Shown here piece by piece: positions 47,710 to 55,536 of a stretch of DNA of 64,000 nucleotides. Numbering within the stretch: position 1 is the first letter of the stretch; every line of letters begins with the position of its first letter. Under the pieces are notes generated by a model. The model saw nothing but the letters and a program-made list of their open reading frames with translations. It was not told the origin of the DNA and made no database searches. The position numbers were made by a program, and so were the translations under genes. Source of the DNA: a virus (Duplodnaviria; Heunggongvirae; Uroviricota; Caudoviricetes); IMG/VR virus record IMGVR_UViG_3300025944_000008, one strand, 5' to 3'.

Positions 47710-47783
47710 ACTCCCGATCGGATTCGAACCGATACTGCCCGCGTTTTGAATGCGGTGCCTCTACCAGTTGGGCTACGGGAGCA
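47710..47783 (-). tRNA. tRNA (type I; loop UUCAAAA, anticodon CAA?; A31-C39 mismatch)
   Basis: T-arm ATCGGTTCGAATCCGAT. Confidence 0.4.
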
Positions 47784-47788
47784 TGAGT

Positions 47789-47863
47789 GCCGACGAGGAG
47801 ATTCGAACTCCTACTGTTCCGCTTCTAAGGCGGACGTCTCTACCAGTTGGACTACGTCGGCAT
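47789..47863 (-). tRNA. tRNA (type I; anticodon TAG)
   Basis: AC stem TCCGC/GCGGA loop CTTAGAA. Confidence 0.45.
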
Positions 47864-47950
47864 GGTGCTCGGGATGAGACTCGAACTCACACGGACTTTC
47901 GCCCACCGGCTTCTGAGACCGGCGCGTTTACCAGTTACGCCACCCGAGCA
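47864..47950 (-). tRNA. tRNA-Leu(CAG), CCA encoded
   Basis: Type II; stem CCGGT/GCCGG (G-U) loop CTCAGAA. Confidence 0.6.
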
Positions 47951-47957
47951 GATTTGT

Positions 47958-48041
47958 GCGAACGGGGAGACTCGAACTCCCACGGCCTTTCGGCCACCAG
48001 CACCTCAAGCTGGCGCGTCTACCAGTTCCGCCACGCTCGCA
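47958..48041 (-). tRNA. tRNA-Leu(GAG)
   Basis: Type II; stem CCAGC/GCTGG loop TTGAGGT. Confidence 0.6.
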
Positions 48042-48043
48042 TT

Positions 48044-48119
48044 GGTACAGCGCCAGGGACTCGAACCCTGCTCATCCTCCGTGTGAGAGAGGCATCACCA
48101 CCTGGTGAACTGCGCTGCG
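48044..48119 (-). tRNA. tRNA-Val(CAC), CCA encoded
   Basis: loop CTCACAC. Confidence 0.55.
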
Positions 48120-48123
48120 CAGT

Positions 48124-48190
48124 CGCTCGCATCGGAATCGAACCGATCTCCAAGGCGTATGAAGCCTCGTTCCTCCCAGAGGTCGAGCGG
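48124..48190 (-). tRNA. tRNA-Met/Ile2(CAT), compact (reduced D-arm)
   Basis: loop TTCATAC; 67 nt. Confidence 0.45.
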
Positions 48191-48191
48191 T

Positions 48192-48263
48192 AGCGGGCCC
48201 ACGAGTTGAACGTGGAATCTCTAGGTTATGAGCCTAGTGAGTTGCCCTTTCTCCAGCCCGCAG
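48192..48263 (-). tRNA. tRNA-Met(CAT)
   Basis: AC stem CTAGG/CCTAG loop CTCATAA. Confidence 0.55.
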
Positions 48264-48264
48264 T

Positions 48265-48338
48265 GTCCCTGGCCGGATTCGAACCGGCACTCTTCCGCTT
48301 AGGAGGCGGCTGCATGATCCAATCATGCTGCAGGGACG
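48265..48338 (-). tRNA. tRNA-Arg(CCT)
   Basis: loop CTCCTAA. Confidence 0.55.
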
Positions 48339-48344
48339 TGTTGT

Positions 48345-48416
48345 GCTCTCGGCAGGAATCGAACCTGCAACTCAGCCTTCGGAGGGCTGCATGATGTCCG
48401 TTTCACCACGAGAGCA
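48345..48416 (-). tRNA. tRNA-Arg(CCG)
   Basis: stem CAGCC/GGCTG loop CTCCGAA. Confidence 0.6.
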
Positions 48417-48542
48417 GAACTCGAGAAACACGTCATAGTAGAAGTGCCGTCTTGCGTAGATCACCAGGCGGTACATCCCTCTTTTGACGTACCTGACGTC
48501 TTGCCTGTGAATCCATGGAATCTTGAAAGGCTCTTCCATCAG

Positions 48543-48614
48543 CGTCCTCGCCAGGATTCGAACCTGGAATACAACGTTCGTAGCGTCGCGTGATATCCGT
48601 TTCACTACGAGGAC
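48543..48614 (-). tRNA. tRNA-Arg(ACG)
   Basis: loop CTACGAA. Confidence 0.6.
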
Positions 48615-48849
48615 AAGACATCTTGAGATCCGTAGCCGCGGTTTTGTTCTATGCCATCATTCGTCTAAGCAGCAACCCGGAGACTCGCCGGACAGGGTCA
48701 ACATCTCCTGTTTGCCTTAGTGCAGGCCGAGTTGTGGTTCAGCGGATTTCTCCTCCCACAGAGCTCGGACACTCGTCCTGAGCACCCGCGAACTTCCTCA
48801 GCGAGACGATTCCTTCCGCTCGCCGCGATGGCTCGAAATCAAGATGCGG

Positions 48850-48920
48850 AGCCCCGGGAGGGAATCGAACCCTCTTTTCATCCTTACCAAGGATGCGTCC
48901 TGCCATTGAACGACAGGGGC
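48850..48920 (-). tRNA. tRNA-Thr(GGT)
   Basis: stem CATCC/GGATG loop TTGGTAA. Confidence 0.6.
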
Positions 48921-49046
48921 CTATCAGTGTGCGCAGGCGGGCTATACTCCCGCGTCTCCGGCGTGGTGCAATCGACTTTCGTCTCCCACTCCCAGGTGCT
49001 TTCGCCCTCACTGGCTGGTGTCGTGGTTCAGACTTCTGCGCGTCGA

Positions 49047-49121
49047 TGGTGGAGCCGATGGGAATCGAACCCACCGCGGTCTGCTTGCAAAACAGTCCTG
49101 GTCACCAGACTTCTCGACCCC
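49047..49121 (-). tRNA. tRNA-Ala(TGC), CCA encoded
   Basis: G3-U70 in acceptor GGGGTCG/CGGCTCC; loop TTTGCAA. Confidence 0.5.
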
Positions 49122-49122
49122 A

Positions 49123-49395
49123 TTATGCTGCTTCACTCTCTGGCAAGATCGGATCACAGCCCCGTCGCCGGTTGCAGCCCTGATGGGCCAGGCGGAGGTT
49201 GTCGATGTGGTCCGTGCCTCCCCCCGACCTCGGGATGATGTGGTCGAAGGTGATGTACATCTCGCTGAAGACGTCCTTGATGCGGCGATCGAGGGCCTCC
49301 TTGCAGATCATGCAGGTCATCCCGTCCCGCGCCATCAGCTTTGTCACTCGCTGCCAGCGCCACTTGTGATGAAAGAGCCGCCGCGCTTTCGCCAT
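49123..49395 (-). CDS. HNH endonuclease (short)
   Basis: FDHIIPRSGGGTDHIDNLRLAHQGCNRRRG. Confidence 0.6.
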   Translation of the reverse strand: MAKARRLFHHKWRWQRVTKLMARDGMTCMICKEALDRRIKDVFSEMYITFDHIIPRSGGGTDHIDNLRLAHQGCNRRRGCDPILPESEAA

Positions 49396-49414
49396 GAGTG
49401 GATCCTACCATGAG

Positions 49415-49487
49415 TGGAGACGAAGGGGATCGAACCCTCGACCTCATCGTTGCGAACGATGCGCTCTCCCAACTGAGCTACGTCCCC
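49415..49487 (-). tRNA. tRNA-Ala(CGC)
   Basis: G3-U70; D-arm TAGCTCAGTTGGGAGAGCG; loop TTCGCAA. Confidence 0.65.
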
Positions 49488-49488
49488 A

Positions 49489-49563
49489 TGGTGCGGAAGG
49501 AGGGTATCGATCCCTCTACCTCTGGCGTGTCGAGCCAGCGCTCTACCAGTGAGCTACTCCCGC
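49489..49563 (-). tRNA. tRNA-Val(GAC), CCA encoded
   Basis: stem CTGGC/GCCAG loop TCGACAC. Confidence 0.65.
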
Positions 49564-49575
49564 GTGCTTCTTCAG

Positions 49576-49648
<73 letters not shown>

Positions 49649-49651
49649 GTA

Positions 49652-49690
49652 CTAGCTAAAGAAACGGGGCGAACCCCGTTTCGTGCTACC
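49652..49690 (-). terminator. terminator (minus strand) with TCTTTAGCTA motif
   Basis: On minus strand aacggggttcgccccgtt hairpin + tctttagctagtac. Confidence 0.55.
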
Positions 49691-49695
49691 CCTGC

Positions 49696-50664
49696 TTACG
49701 ACTTCCGAATGCTGCCGTTGACGCCCGCGTCCTTGAGCGTCGTCTGCAGCGTGGTGAGCGCCTCGCGGCTCGAGGTCGACTCGAGGGCCTTCGTGGCGAT
49801 CTCCGCGTTCTTCTGGTTGGCTTCCTTCAGCGCGATCTGCAGCTCTTCGTTCAGCTTCGTCAGCCGAGCGTTCTGCTCCGTAAGAGCCTTCTTGTCCGCC
49901 TCGTAGAGCGCCTTCTCGCTCGCCCGATCCTTCTCGAGGAGCTCCTTGGCGTGGTTGTGATCCCGAGTCAGGCGGTTGCTCTCGATTGCCACTGCCTGCT
50001 TGACCGCCTTCTCGATCTCGCCCAGGTGACCGGCGACCGCGGCCCGAAGATCGATCAGCTCCTTCTCACGGAGCTTCAGCTCGTCTTCCCGCTGCGCCCA
50101 GATCTTCTGGAGCTGGTCCTGGCGAGCGAGCTCTTGGATGTTGCGCACCCGGACCTGCTCGTTCCACGCATCCAGATCCGCCTTGCGGGTCTGCTTGGTC
50201 GTGTACTCGTAATCGGCCTGTTCGCGCTCGCGCTCCTTCTTCGTCGCGTTCCAGTCCTCGGCGTTCTTCGTGCGGGCTTCGAGGATCTCCTTCTCGAGCG
50301 CCGCCTTCTGCTCGTCGTGCTCGGCCTTCAGCACATCGAGGTGCTCGAGGATGACTCGGGCGCCGTAGAGCTTGGTGAGTTCCTTGGCCTCGAGGTCGAT
50401 GTTCGTCTTGACGTCCTGGAGGAGCGAGAGCTTGTTGGCCAGCTCCTCGTTGATCGTCGAAAGGGACTTCTGGGTTGCCAGGCTCGCCGCGGTGACGGCC
50501 TGCGCCGCCTTGCTCACTTCCAGCTCGGCGATCGAAGAGCGGGTCGCCTCGGCCGCCCGCGCCTGCAGCTCGATCTCCTTCTCCGACATCCCCGGCGGAA
50601 CGTTGAGGTTGGAGAAGGCGATCTTGGTCTCGATACGATTGCGCGAACGCTTCTTGTCGCTCAT
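49696..50664 (-). CDS. long coiled-coil protein
   Basis: 322 aa from ATG 50664 (aaggagag RBS); continuous heptad-like E/K/A/L composition. Confidence 0.55.
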   Translation of the reverse strand: MSDKKRSRNRIETKIAFSNLNVPPGMSEKEIELQARAAEATRSSIAELEVSKAAQAVTAASLATQKSLSTINEELANKLSLLQDVKTNIDLEAKELTKLYGARVILEHLDVLKAEHDEQKAALEKEILEARTKNAEDWNATKKEREREQADYEYTTKQTRKADLDAWNEQVRVRNIQELARQDQLQKIWAQREDELKLREKELIDLRAAVAGHLGEIEKAVKQAVAIESNRLTRDHNHAKELLEKDRASEKALYEADKKALTEQNARLTKLNEELQIALKEANQKNAEIATKALESTSSREALTTLQTTLKDAGVNGSIRKS

Positions 50665-50739
50665 GGTCTCTCTCCTTGGAAACGCTAAAGGGCAAAATTG
50701 CCCGCGCTTCCTTATCTCTGCGAGAGAGAACTTTTGCGA

Positions 50740-50815
50740 TGGTGCTCCAGGTCGGGATCGAACCGACGCCTCCGCTTTTTCAGAGCGGCGCACAGACCCT
50801 CTATGCTACCGGAGC
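50740..50815 (-). tRNA. tRNA-Phe(GAA), CCA encoded
   Basis: stem CCGCT/AGCGG loop CTGAAAA. Confidence 0.65.
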
Positions 50816-50891
50816 GTTGGCACCTCTGCCGGGTCGCTAGGCCGGATCGCCTCGGTAACGGCCGAGGAGCTCTGCATTTGAGCTACGGAGA

Positions 50892-50967
50892 TGGCGCCTG
50901 CGACGAGGATCGAACTCGCCGAATCTCCCGTGACAGGGGAGCGTCCACACCAGTGGACCTCGCAGGC
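50892..50967 (-). tRNA. tRNA-Asp(GTC), CCA encoded
   Basis: stem CTCCC/GGGAG loop CTGTCAC. Confidence 0.65.
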
Positions 50968-51034
50968 ATCGGACGATGAGGTGAGCGCTCACCTCTCTCT
51001 GCGCGGAGCGACAGATAGCCTTCGTCCTTGCTAT

Positions 51035-51111
51035 TGGGGTGAACGACGGGAGTCGAACCCGCTAGCACCTGATCCACAATCAGGCGGCTCCTCCATTTTG
51101 CCTTCGTCCAC
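51035..51111 (-). tRNA. tRNA-His(GTG), CCA encoded
   Basis: loop TTGTGGA; discriminator C73. Confidence 0.65.
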
Positions 51112-51116
51112 CATAC

Positions 51117-51193
51117 TGGTCCGTTGGGACGGGATTCGAACCCGCACCTTCTGATCCACACTCAGACGTGCTGCCATTGAACACTACCCACGG
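51117..51193 (-). tRNA. tRNA-His(GTG)-like second copy, CCA encoded
   Basis: stem TCTGA/TCAGA loop GTGTGGA; acceptor one mismatch. Confidence 0.4.
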
Positions 51194-51195
51194 GG

Positions 51196-51267
51196 TGCGC
51201 CCTGAAGGATTCGAACCCTCATATCTCGCTAATCAGGCGAGTGTCCTAACCGTTGGACGAAAGGCGC
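51196..51267 (-). tRNA. tRNA-Ile(GAT)
   Basis: stem CTCGC/GCGAG loop CTGATTA. Confidence 0.65.
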
Positions 51268-51280
51268 ATGGCAAATCTAG

Positions 51281-51352
51281 TCGGAGTGGGGAGGATCGAA
51301 CTCCCGATCTCTCGGTCCCGAACCGAGCGCGATACCGCTTCGCTACACTCCG
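51281..51352 (-). tRNA. tRNA-Pro(CGG)
   Basis: stem CTCGG/CCGAG loop TTCGGGA. Confidence 0.65.
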
Positions 51353-51484
51353 ATTGTGGCAACCGTCTTCAGGTAGCGAACCTGAAGAGTTCTTCCCCGC
51401 CCCGGCTGTCGCAGGTCGGCATGTAAGGCTGTGCCCTCTTCGTCCGGTCACACTGCACCGGCACTGCGTCGAGGCTACGTAGAG

Positions 51485-51556
51485 TCGGGATGGCCAGGAT
51501 CGAACTGGCGACCTCTCGCACCCCAAGCGAGCGCGCTACCGCTGCGCTACATCCCG
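51485..51556 (-). tRNA. tRNA-Pro(GGG)
   Basis: loop TTGGGGT. Confidence 0.65.
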
Positions 51557-51565
51557 TGATTCTAC

Positions 51566-51640
51566 TGGTCAAGGTGAGAGGACTCGAACCTCCAGCCACT
51601 CGGTCCCAAACCGAGAGCTCTACCATTGAGCTACACCTTG
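51566..51640 (-). tRNA. tRNA-Pro(TGG), CCA encoded
   Basis: loop TTTGGGA. Confidence 0.65.
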
Positions 51641-51709
51641 ATACTCGCACCGGATCAAAACCGTTCCTCTCGACACCAGGCCGAGCGTGCATCACACACT
51701 GCTATTGAG

Positions 51710-51785
51710 TGGTCTCCCGCACGGGAGTTGAACCCGTATTGTCCGCGTGAAAGGCGGTTCTCCTTGCCAGTTAGAGGAGCGGGAG
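51710..51785 (-). tRNA. tRNA-Glu(TTC), CCA encoded
   Basis: loop CTTTCAC. Confidence 0.6.
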
Positions 51786-51860
51786 ATTGTCACGCTTCAA
51801 TGGGGCTTCAACCCATTCCTCGGGCTTTGGAGGCCCGTATGCGCCAACACCGTATTTGCG
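51786..51860 (-). tRNA. tRNA-Trp(CCA)-like (acceptor stem unclear)
   Basis: AC stem CGGGC/GCCCG loop CTCCAAA; T-arm ATGGGTTGAAGCCCCAT; 5'/3' ends do not pair cleanly. Confidence 0.35.
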
Positions 51861-51936
51861 TGGTGACCCCACCGGGATTCGAACCCGGACACCTGCCTTG
51901 AGAGGGCAGTCACCTAACCGTTAGTGGATGGGGCCG
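51861..51936 (-). tRNA. tRNA-Glu(CTC), CCA encoded
   Basis: stem CTGCC/GGCAG loop CTCTCAA. Confidence 0.65.
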
Positions 51937-51939
51937 TAA

Positions 51940-52010
51940 TGGAGGTCCGCTGCGGAGTCGAACCGCACTCACGAGGTTTGCAATCTCGTTCGCTCCCAGA
52001 ACTGCGGACC
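51940..52010 (-). tRNA. tRNA-Cys(GCA), CCA encoded
   Basis: loop TTGCAAA with A31-C39 mismatch. Confidence 0.55.
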
Positions 52011-52015
52011 ACTTG

Positions 52016-52087
52016 CTCCAGAGACAGGATTCGAACCTGTGACCTTCCGGTTAACAGCCGGCTGCTCTTCCGCTGAGCTACACTGGA
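52016..52087 (-). tRNA. tRNA-Asn(GTT)
   Basis: loop CTGTTAA; D-arm TAGCTCAGCGGAAGAGC. Confidence 0.55.
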
Positions 52088-52303
52088 ATGATCATGACGA
52101 AGACCAAAGCCGAAACTTCTCTGCCTCTCGACTACGAGGTCACCTCCGCTCGTCCTACGTGGGTAACCATCACTCTTCCAGACGGTAGTCAGTACCAAGC
52201 AAGCATTGTCACATCTGTGGTGGGCGTGAAGACCAAGCCCGGATCTGGTGACGTTTCCTTCGATTTCGAAATCAACTGGCAAGCACGCTGGGAGAAAGTC
52301 TAG
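52088..52303 (+). CDS. small hypothetical protein inside tRNA array
   Basis: 71-aa protein-like ORF; weak RBS. Confidence 0.35.
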   Translation: MIMTKTKAETSLPLDYEVTSARPTWVTITLPDGSQYQASIVTSVVGVKTKPGSGDVSFDFEINWQARWEKV

Positions 52304-52375
52304 AGCCGACGGTCGGAATCGAACCGACAACCTTCGCTTTACAAGGGCGCTGCACTTCCGTTGTGCTACGTCGGC
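52304..52375 (-). tRNA. tRNA-Thr(TGT)? (weak anticodon stem)
   Basis: loop CTTGTAA; good acceptor/T-arm. Confidence 0.45.
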
Positions 52376-52462
52376 AGAGTCACCCTAGTCCTCTCCGCAC
52401 CCGGAGTCCTTTGCCTCGTCAGGCGGTGCTCCATGGAGACCAGAGGAGACGACATCGGGCGG

Positions 52463-52532
52463 TTCCGGGTGAGGGACTCGAACCCCCACATACGGTGTCA
52501 GAGACCGCTGTCCTACCATTAGACGAACCCGG
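52463..52532 (-). tRNA. tRNA-Gln(CTG)
   Basis: stem GCGGT/ACCGT loop CTCTGAC. Confidence 0.6.
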
Positions 52533-52542
52533 AGTAGAAACG

Positions 52543-52615
52543 TTGGATCGGGCTCTGGGTGTCGATCCCAGCAAGCAGGATTTCAAAGACCCCGCCCCTC
52601 GCCGGAGGCGCCCGA
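52543..52615 (-). tRNA. tRNA-Gln(TTG), CCA encoded
   Basis: loop CTTTGAA; T-arm CTGGGATCGACACCCAG. Confidence 0.5.
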
Positions 52616-52773
52616 ACAAAAGACCGAGTGCTCTACCAATTGAGCTAGTGGGTTGAGAGAGCTCGCGAGACTTCTCAAGGAGACCAGAGGCCCGCACCGT
52701 CGACGGCCATCGACGGAGACCAAGGGGCCGCACCTTCCCACCCAGGACTCGAACCTGGATCACCCGGTTTTAG

Positions 52774-52844
52774 AGCGCGTGGCGGGGATTGAACCCGCGC
52801 AGCCAGTTTGGAAGACTGGAATGCTACCGCTACATCACACGCGC
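52774..52844 (-). tRNA. tRNA-Gly(TCC)
   Basis: stem CCAGT/ACTGG loop CTTCCAA. Confidence 0.65.
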
Positions 52845-52848
52845 ATTG

Positions 52849-52920
52849 TGCTCCCGTAGGGTGTCGAACCCTCGCCAACGGATTAAAAGTCCGCTGCTCT
52901 ACCGCCCGAGCTCCGGGAGC
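52849..52920 (-). tRNA. tRNA-Lys(TTT)
   Basis: loop CTTTTAA. Confidence 0.6.
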
Positions 52921-52973
52921 TGACTATGCTGCTGTCGGCTCGGGCTTGATTTTCGTTCCATGCTTCACCTCAG

Positions 52974-53045
52974 TGGGTGCCGTGGGAGTCGAACCCACAA
53001 CCAACGGATTAAGAGTCCGCTGCACTTCCATTGTGCTAGGCACCC
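52974..53045 (-). tRNA. tRNA-Lys(CTT)
   Basis: loop CTCTTAA. Confidence 0.65.
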
Positions 53046-53142
53046 AAAGCCCCGACTGTGTCGCGACGGCACATGCCGGAGCCAGTTTCTTCGCTGTCGA
53101 CTATTCGGTTTTCAAAGTCGCGGCGAGAGCTACTCGCCTCGG

Positions 53143-53226
53143 TGCCGGAGCCCGGACTCGAACCGGGTTGTTCCTGGGGACGACTGTTTTACAGACAGCC
53201 TCGGTGACCTTACCGTCAACCCCGGC
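53143..53226 (-). tRNA. tRNA-Tyr(GTA)
   Basis: Type II; stem GCTGT/ACAGT loop CTGTAAA. Confidence 0.6.
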
Positions 53227-53307
53227 AAACGTGCCGGCTCACTCGCCGGCAGCACTTCTTACTACGCTACTGCATCACCTTCATCGGAGCACTCTCCTGA
53301 ATTCCCC

Positions 53308-53383
53308 TGGTGCGGATGACCGGATTCGAACCGGCTACCTCATGCTTGGCAAGCACGCGTGCAACCAAGTACACCTCATCCGC
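53308..53383 (-). tRNA. tRNA-Gly(GCC), CCA encoded
   Basis: loop TTGCCAA. Confidence 0.6.
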
Positions 53384-53389
53384 GTTCAG

Positions 53390-53460
53390 AGCCCCCGGCG
53401 AGAATCGAACTCGCATTCCTGGTTTACGAAACCAGTGTCCTGCCGTTGAACGACAGGGGC
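53390..53460 (-). tRNA. tRNA-Thr(CGT)
   Basis: stem CTGGT/ACCAG loop TTCGTAA. Confidence 0.6.
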
Positions 53461-53465
53461 ATTTG

Positions 53466-53533
53466 CGGGCCGCCAAGGAATCGAACCCTGCACGCCGAGA
53501 TTTGGAGTCTCCGCTGAGCCCAGCTCGCTGCCC
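53466..53533 (-). tRNA. tRNA-Trp(CCA)-like (68 nt)
   Basis: loop CTCCAAA; acceptor one mismatch. Confidence 0.45.
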
Positions 53534-54574
53534 ATCACTGCTGCCGATCCGCACCTCCAAAAACGAAGAGGGCCGGGAGACTCTCGTCTGCCGACCCTCT
53601 AGCAAGTTCCCTTATCGGGAGTCCTTCTAGGGGCCGGCACCTTCCCAATTGGCCAGATGACCGGCGAAGAGGCGGATGCTCGGCTGCTCCTGGCGATCGC
53701 ACGAATAGCCAATGAGCGAGGCGCCCGAGCGCTTCGTCCCTTTGGTCGTCATATGCGAGGTCCTGGTCAGCACTGTCTTGATCCTGTTTATAGGTCTACG
53801 CAGGCGCGGAAATAACGTCAACTACTTTTTTCGAGTATCTCGGATCTCGCGAGAATCAGAAAGACAAAAGGCCCTCGGTGTCAACCGAGAGCCTTCTGCC
53901 TGCCCACCGCCGAGTGGCACCACCACGAAGTGTCTTTTCGTCAGTCGTGGTCTGACAGCCAGGTACGAACGCGCAGGACGCGTCGCAACATCAGACTGCC
54001 AGACAAGCAGGCGGTCGTCAACTTGACTCTCCTACTGTATGGGGCAAGATCGGCATCGGTCGTGCGGACTTTGTTTTAGTAGTCGCCAGCGAGCCGGTGA
54101 ACGTACCGGGGAGAGTTCGGTCGGACGTGCAGACGTAGCACGGAGCTCCCAGGCGGGTCTCATTCCCAGAGGGGCGGCGCAGCGATGAACCCTGACGATG
54201 CACGATTTGACGACCGTGACTGCCAGTAGATCTCGCTGGGGAACACCGCCCATCCGCGTCCTGATTCGAAAAATCCTCCCCCGAGCGGGAGGGGCAAGCG
54301 GCCCTGTCGAGACCGAACACCAGAACGGAAATAGGCTTCACTGACCTGTTCCTGCGTTCGGTACGGAAGCGTTCTTCAGAAGCACGACGGCGACATGCCT
54401 CGAAAGGGGTGTCCGGTGCGGAGAACGACGAGGGCCGATCAGCTCTACTTCTCCCTCGCCGGGTAGAAACTTGGCGAGCGGTTGAAATAGTAGAGGGGAA
54501 GAGGCGGTAGAGGTCTATCTAGCGTCAGTGAAGAAGAAGGACTACTTCCTGAAGCATTTCCGCGCCTTACAAGA

Positions 54575-54632
54575 AATCCCTCGCTCCCTCTTCAGGTACT
54601 TCCAGGAAAAAGAAATCCGCTCGCTCGAAGGA
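54575..54632. repeat. direct repeat AAGAAATCC(C/G)CTCGCTC x2
   Basis: Two near-identical 17-nt units ~33 nt apart. Confidence 0.45.
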
Positions 54633-54705
54633 GTATTTTTCGAACGGATCTTCGTATGTCGCTTTTCGGTCTTTTCTTGTCTTGAGCCCTTGACTACATC
54701 TGTCT

Positions 54706-54760
54706 TCGTGTCTTAACTACAAGACGTAAAGAATGTCTTGGGCTGAAGACAAGACAAAAT
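54706..54760. promoter_or_regulatory. operator-like inverted repeats GTCTT-N6-AAGAC (x2) plus extra GTCTT/AAGAC half-sites
   Basis: gtcttaactacaagac and gtcttgggctgaagac immediately upstream of 54778 gene. Confidence 0.5.
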
Positions 54761-54777
54761 CCGAAAGAGAGGCCTCA

Positions 54778-54897
54778 ATGCCGCGTGGTGTGTACGATCG
54801 TAGCAAGACGAAGTCGAAGGCGAAGAAGACCGCTGCCCCGAAGGTGGCCAAGAAGACGACCAAGAAGAAGGTCGCCGCCAAGAAGGAGAGCAAGTAA
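54778..54897 (+). CDS. Lys/Ala-rich histone-like small protein
   Basis: 39 aa MPRGVYDRSKTKSKAKKTAAPKVAKKTTKKKVAAKKESK; gagagg RBS. Confidence 0.4.
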   Translation: MPRGVYDRSKTKSKAKKTAAPKVAKKTTKKKVAAKKESK

Positions 54898-55401
54898 ATG
54901 CCTCGTGGCGTCTACGAGCGCAAGCCGAAGGGCGAGAAGGCGGCCGCTCCCGCCAAGAAGGCACCCGTGGCGAAGGCCGCGGTGAAGGCCAAGCCGAAGG
55001 CGGTGAAGGTCGCCAGCACGCCGGTCGCCGAGTCTGCCCTCCTCAAGACCGTCGGCCCGGAGGCCGAGTCGTTCTCGTCCGGCCTGTACGTCCTCGGCCA
55101 GGGAATCGCCACCCTCGGCGACGCCTACGAGAAGGTGAAGTCCAGCAGCACTCTCGAGCCGATCGTCGCCGCCGAGCTGCGTGAGCTGGTCTCCGCCTTC
55201 TCGACCCTTCGCCAGCGCGCCTTCGCCGGCGTGACGGAAGAGCCGAAGTCGACGGTGGCCGAAGTGGTCGAGGAGCCGGCTGTCGAAGAGGCTCCTGCCC
55301 CGGTTGCGGCCGCTCCCGCGGTCGTTGCTCCGGTGATGCCGACGATGCCGACCGGTAACTCGAGCTTCACGCCTCCCGCTCCGCCCGTCCCGCACCACTA
55401 G
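54898..55401 (+). CDS. Lys/Ala/Pro-rich histone H1-like protein (paralogous N-terminus MPRGVYER)
   Basis: 167 aa; AKKAPVAKAAVKAKPKAVK repeats. Confidence 0.5.
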   Translation: MPRGVYERKPKGEKAAAPAKKAPVAKAAVKAKPKAVKVASTPVAESALLKTVGPEAESFSSGLYVLGQGIATLGDAYEKVKSSSTLEPIVAAELRELVSAFSTLRQRAFAGVTEEPKSTVAEVVEEPAVEEAPAPVAAAPAVVAPVMPTMPTGNSSFTPPAPPVPHH

Positions 55402-55536
55402 ATCCCGCCCCGCAATCTCTCCCGACTTCCTGTTATAAGTCTAGTAGATGGAGACGCGCATTTCGGTGCGAGTCTCATCGGTAGGACCCAATGGGTTCTC
55501 GCGGGGAAACCCGCGCAGTTTTAGCCGGGAGACATC

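Noticed and set aside
48372-48605. 77-aa minus-strand ORF
   Set aside because: Overlaps tRNA-Arg(CCG) (48345-48416); at most a ~55-aa protein could be real and there is no RBS, so it was left out
52650-52733. Imperfect direct repeat GAGACCAGAGGCCCGCACC / GAGACCAAGGGGCCGCACC
   Set aside because: Only two degenerate copies inside a tRNA-fragment region; likely remnants of duplicated tRNA flanks
54775-55398. 207-aa minus-strand Arg/Gly-rich ORF
   Set aside because: Antisense of the Lys/Ala-rich histone-like genes (AAG/GCC codons give CTT/GGC antisense)
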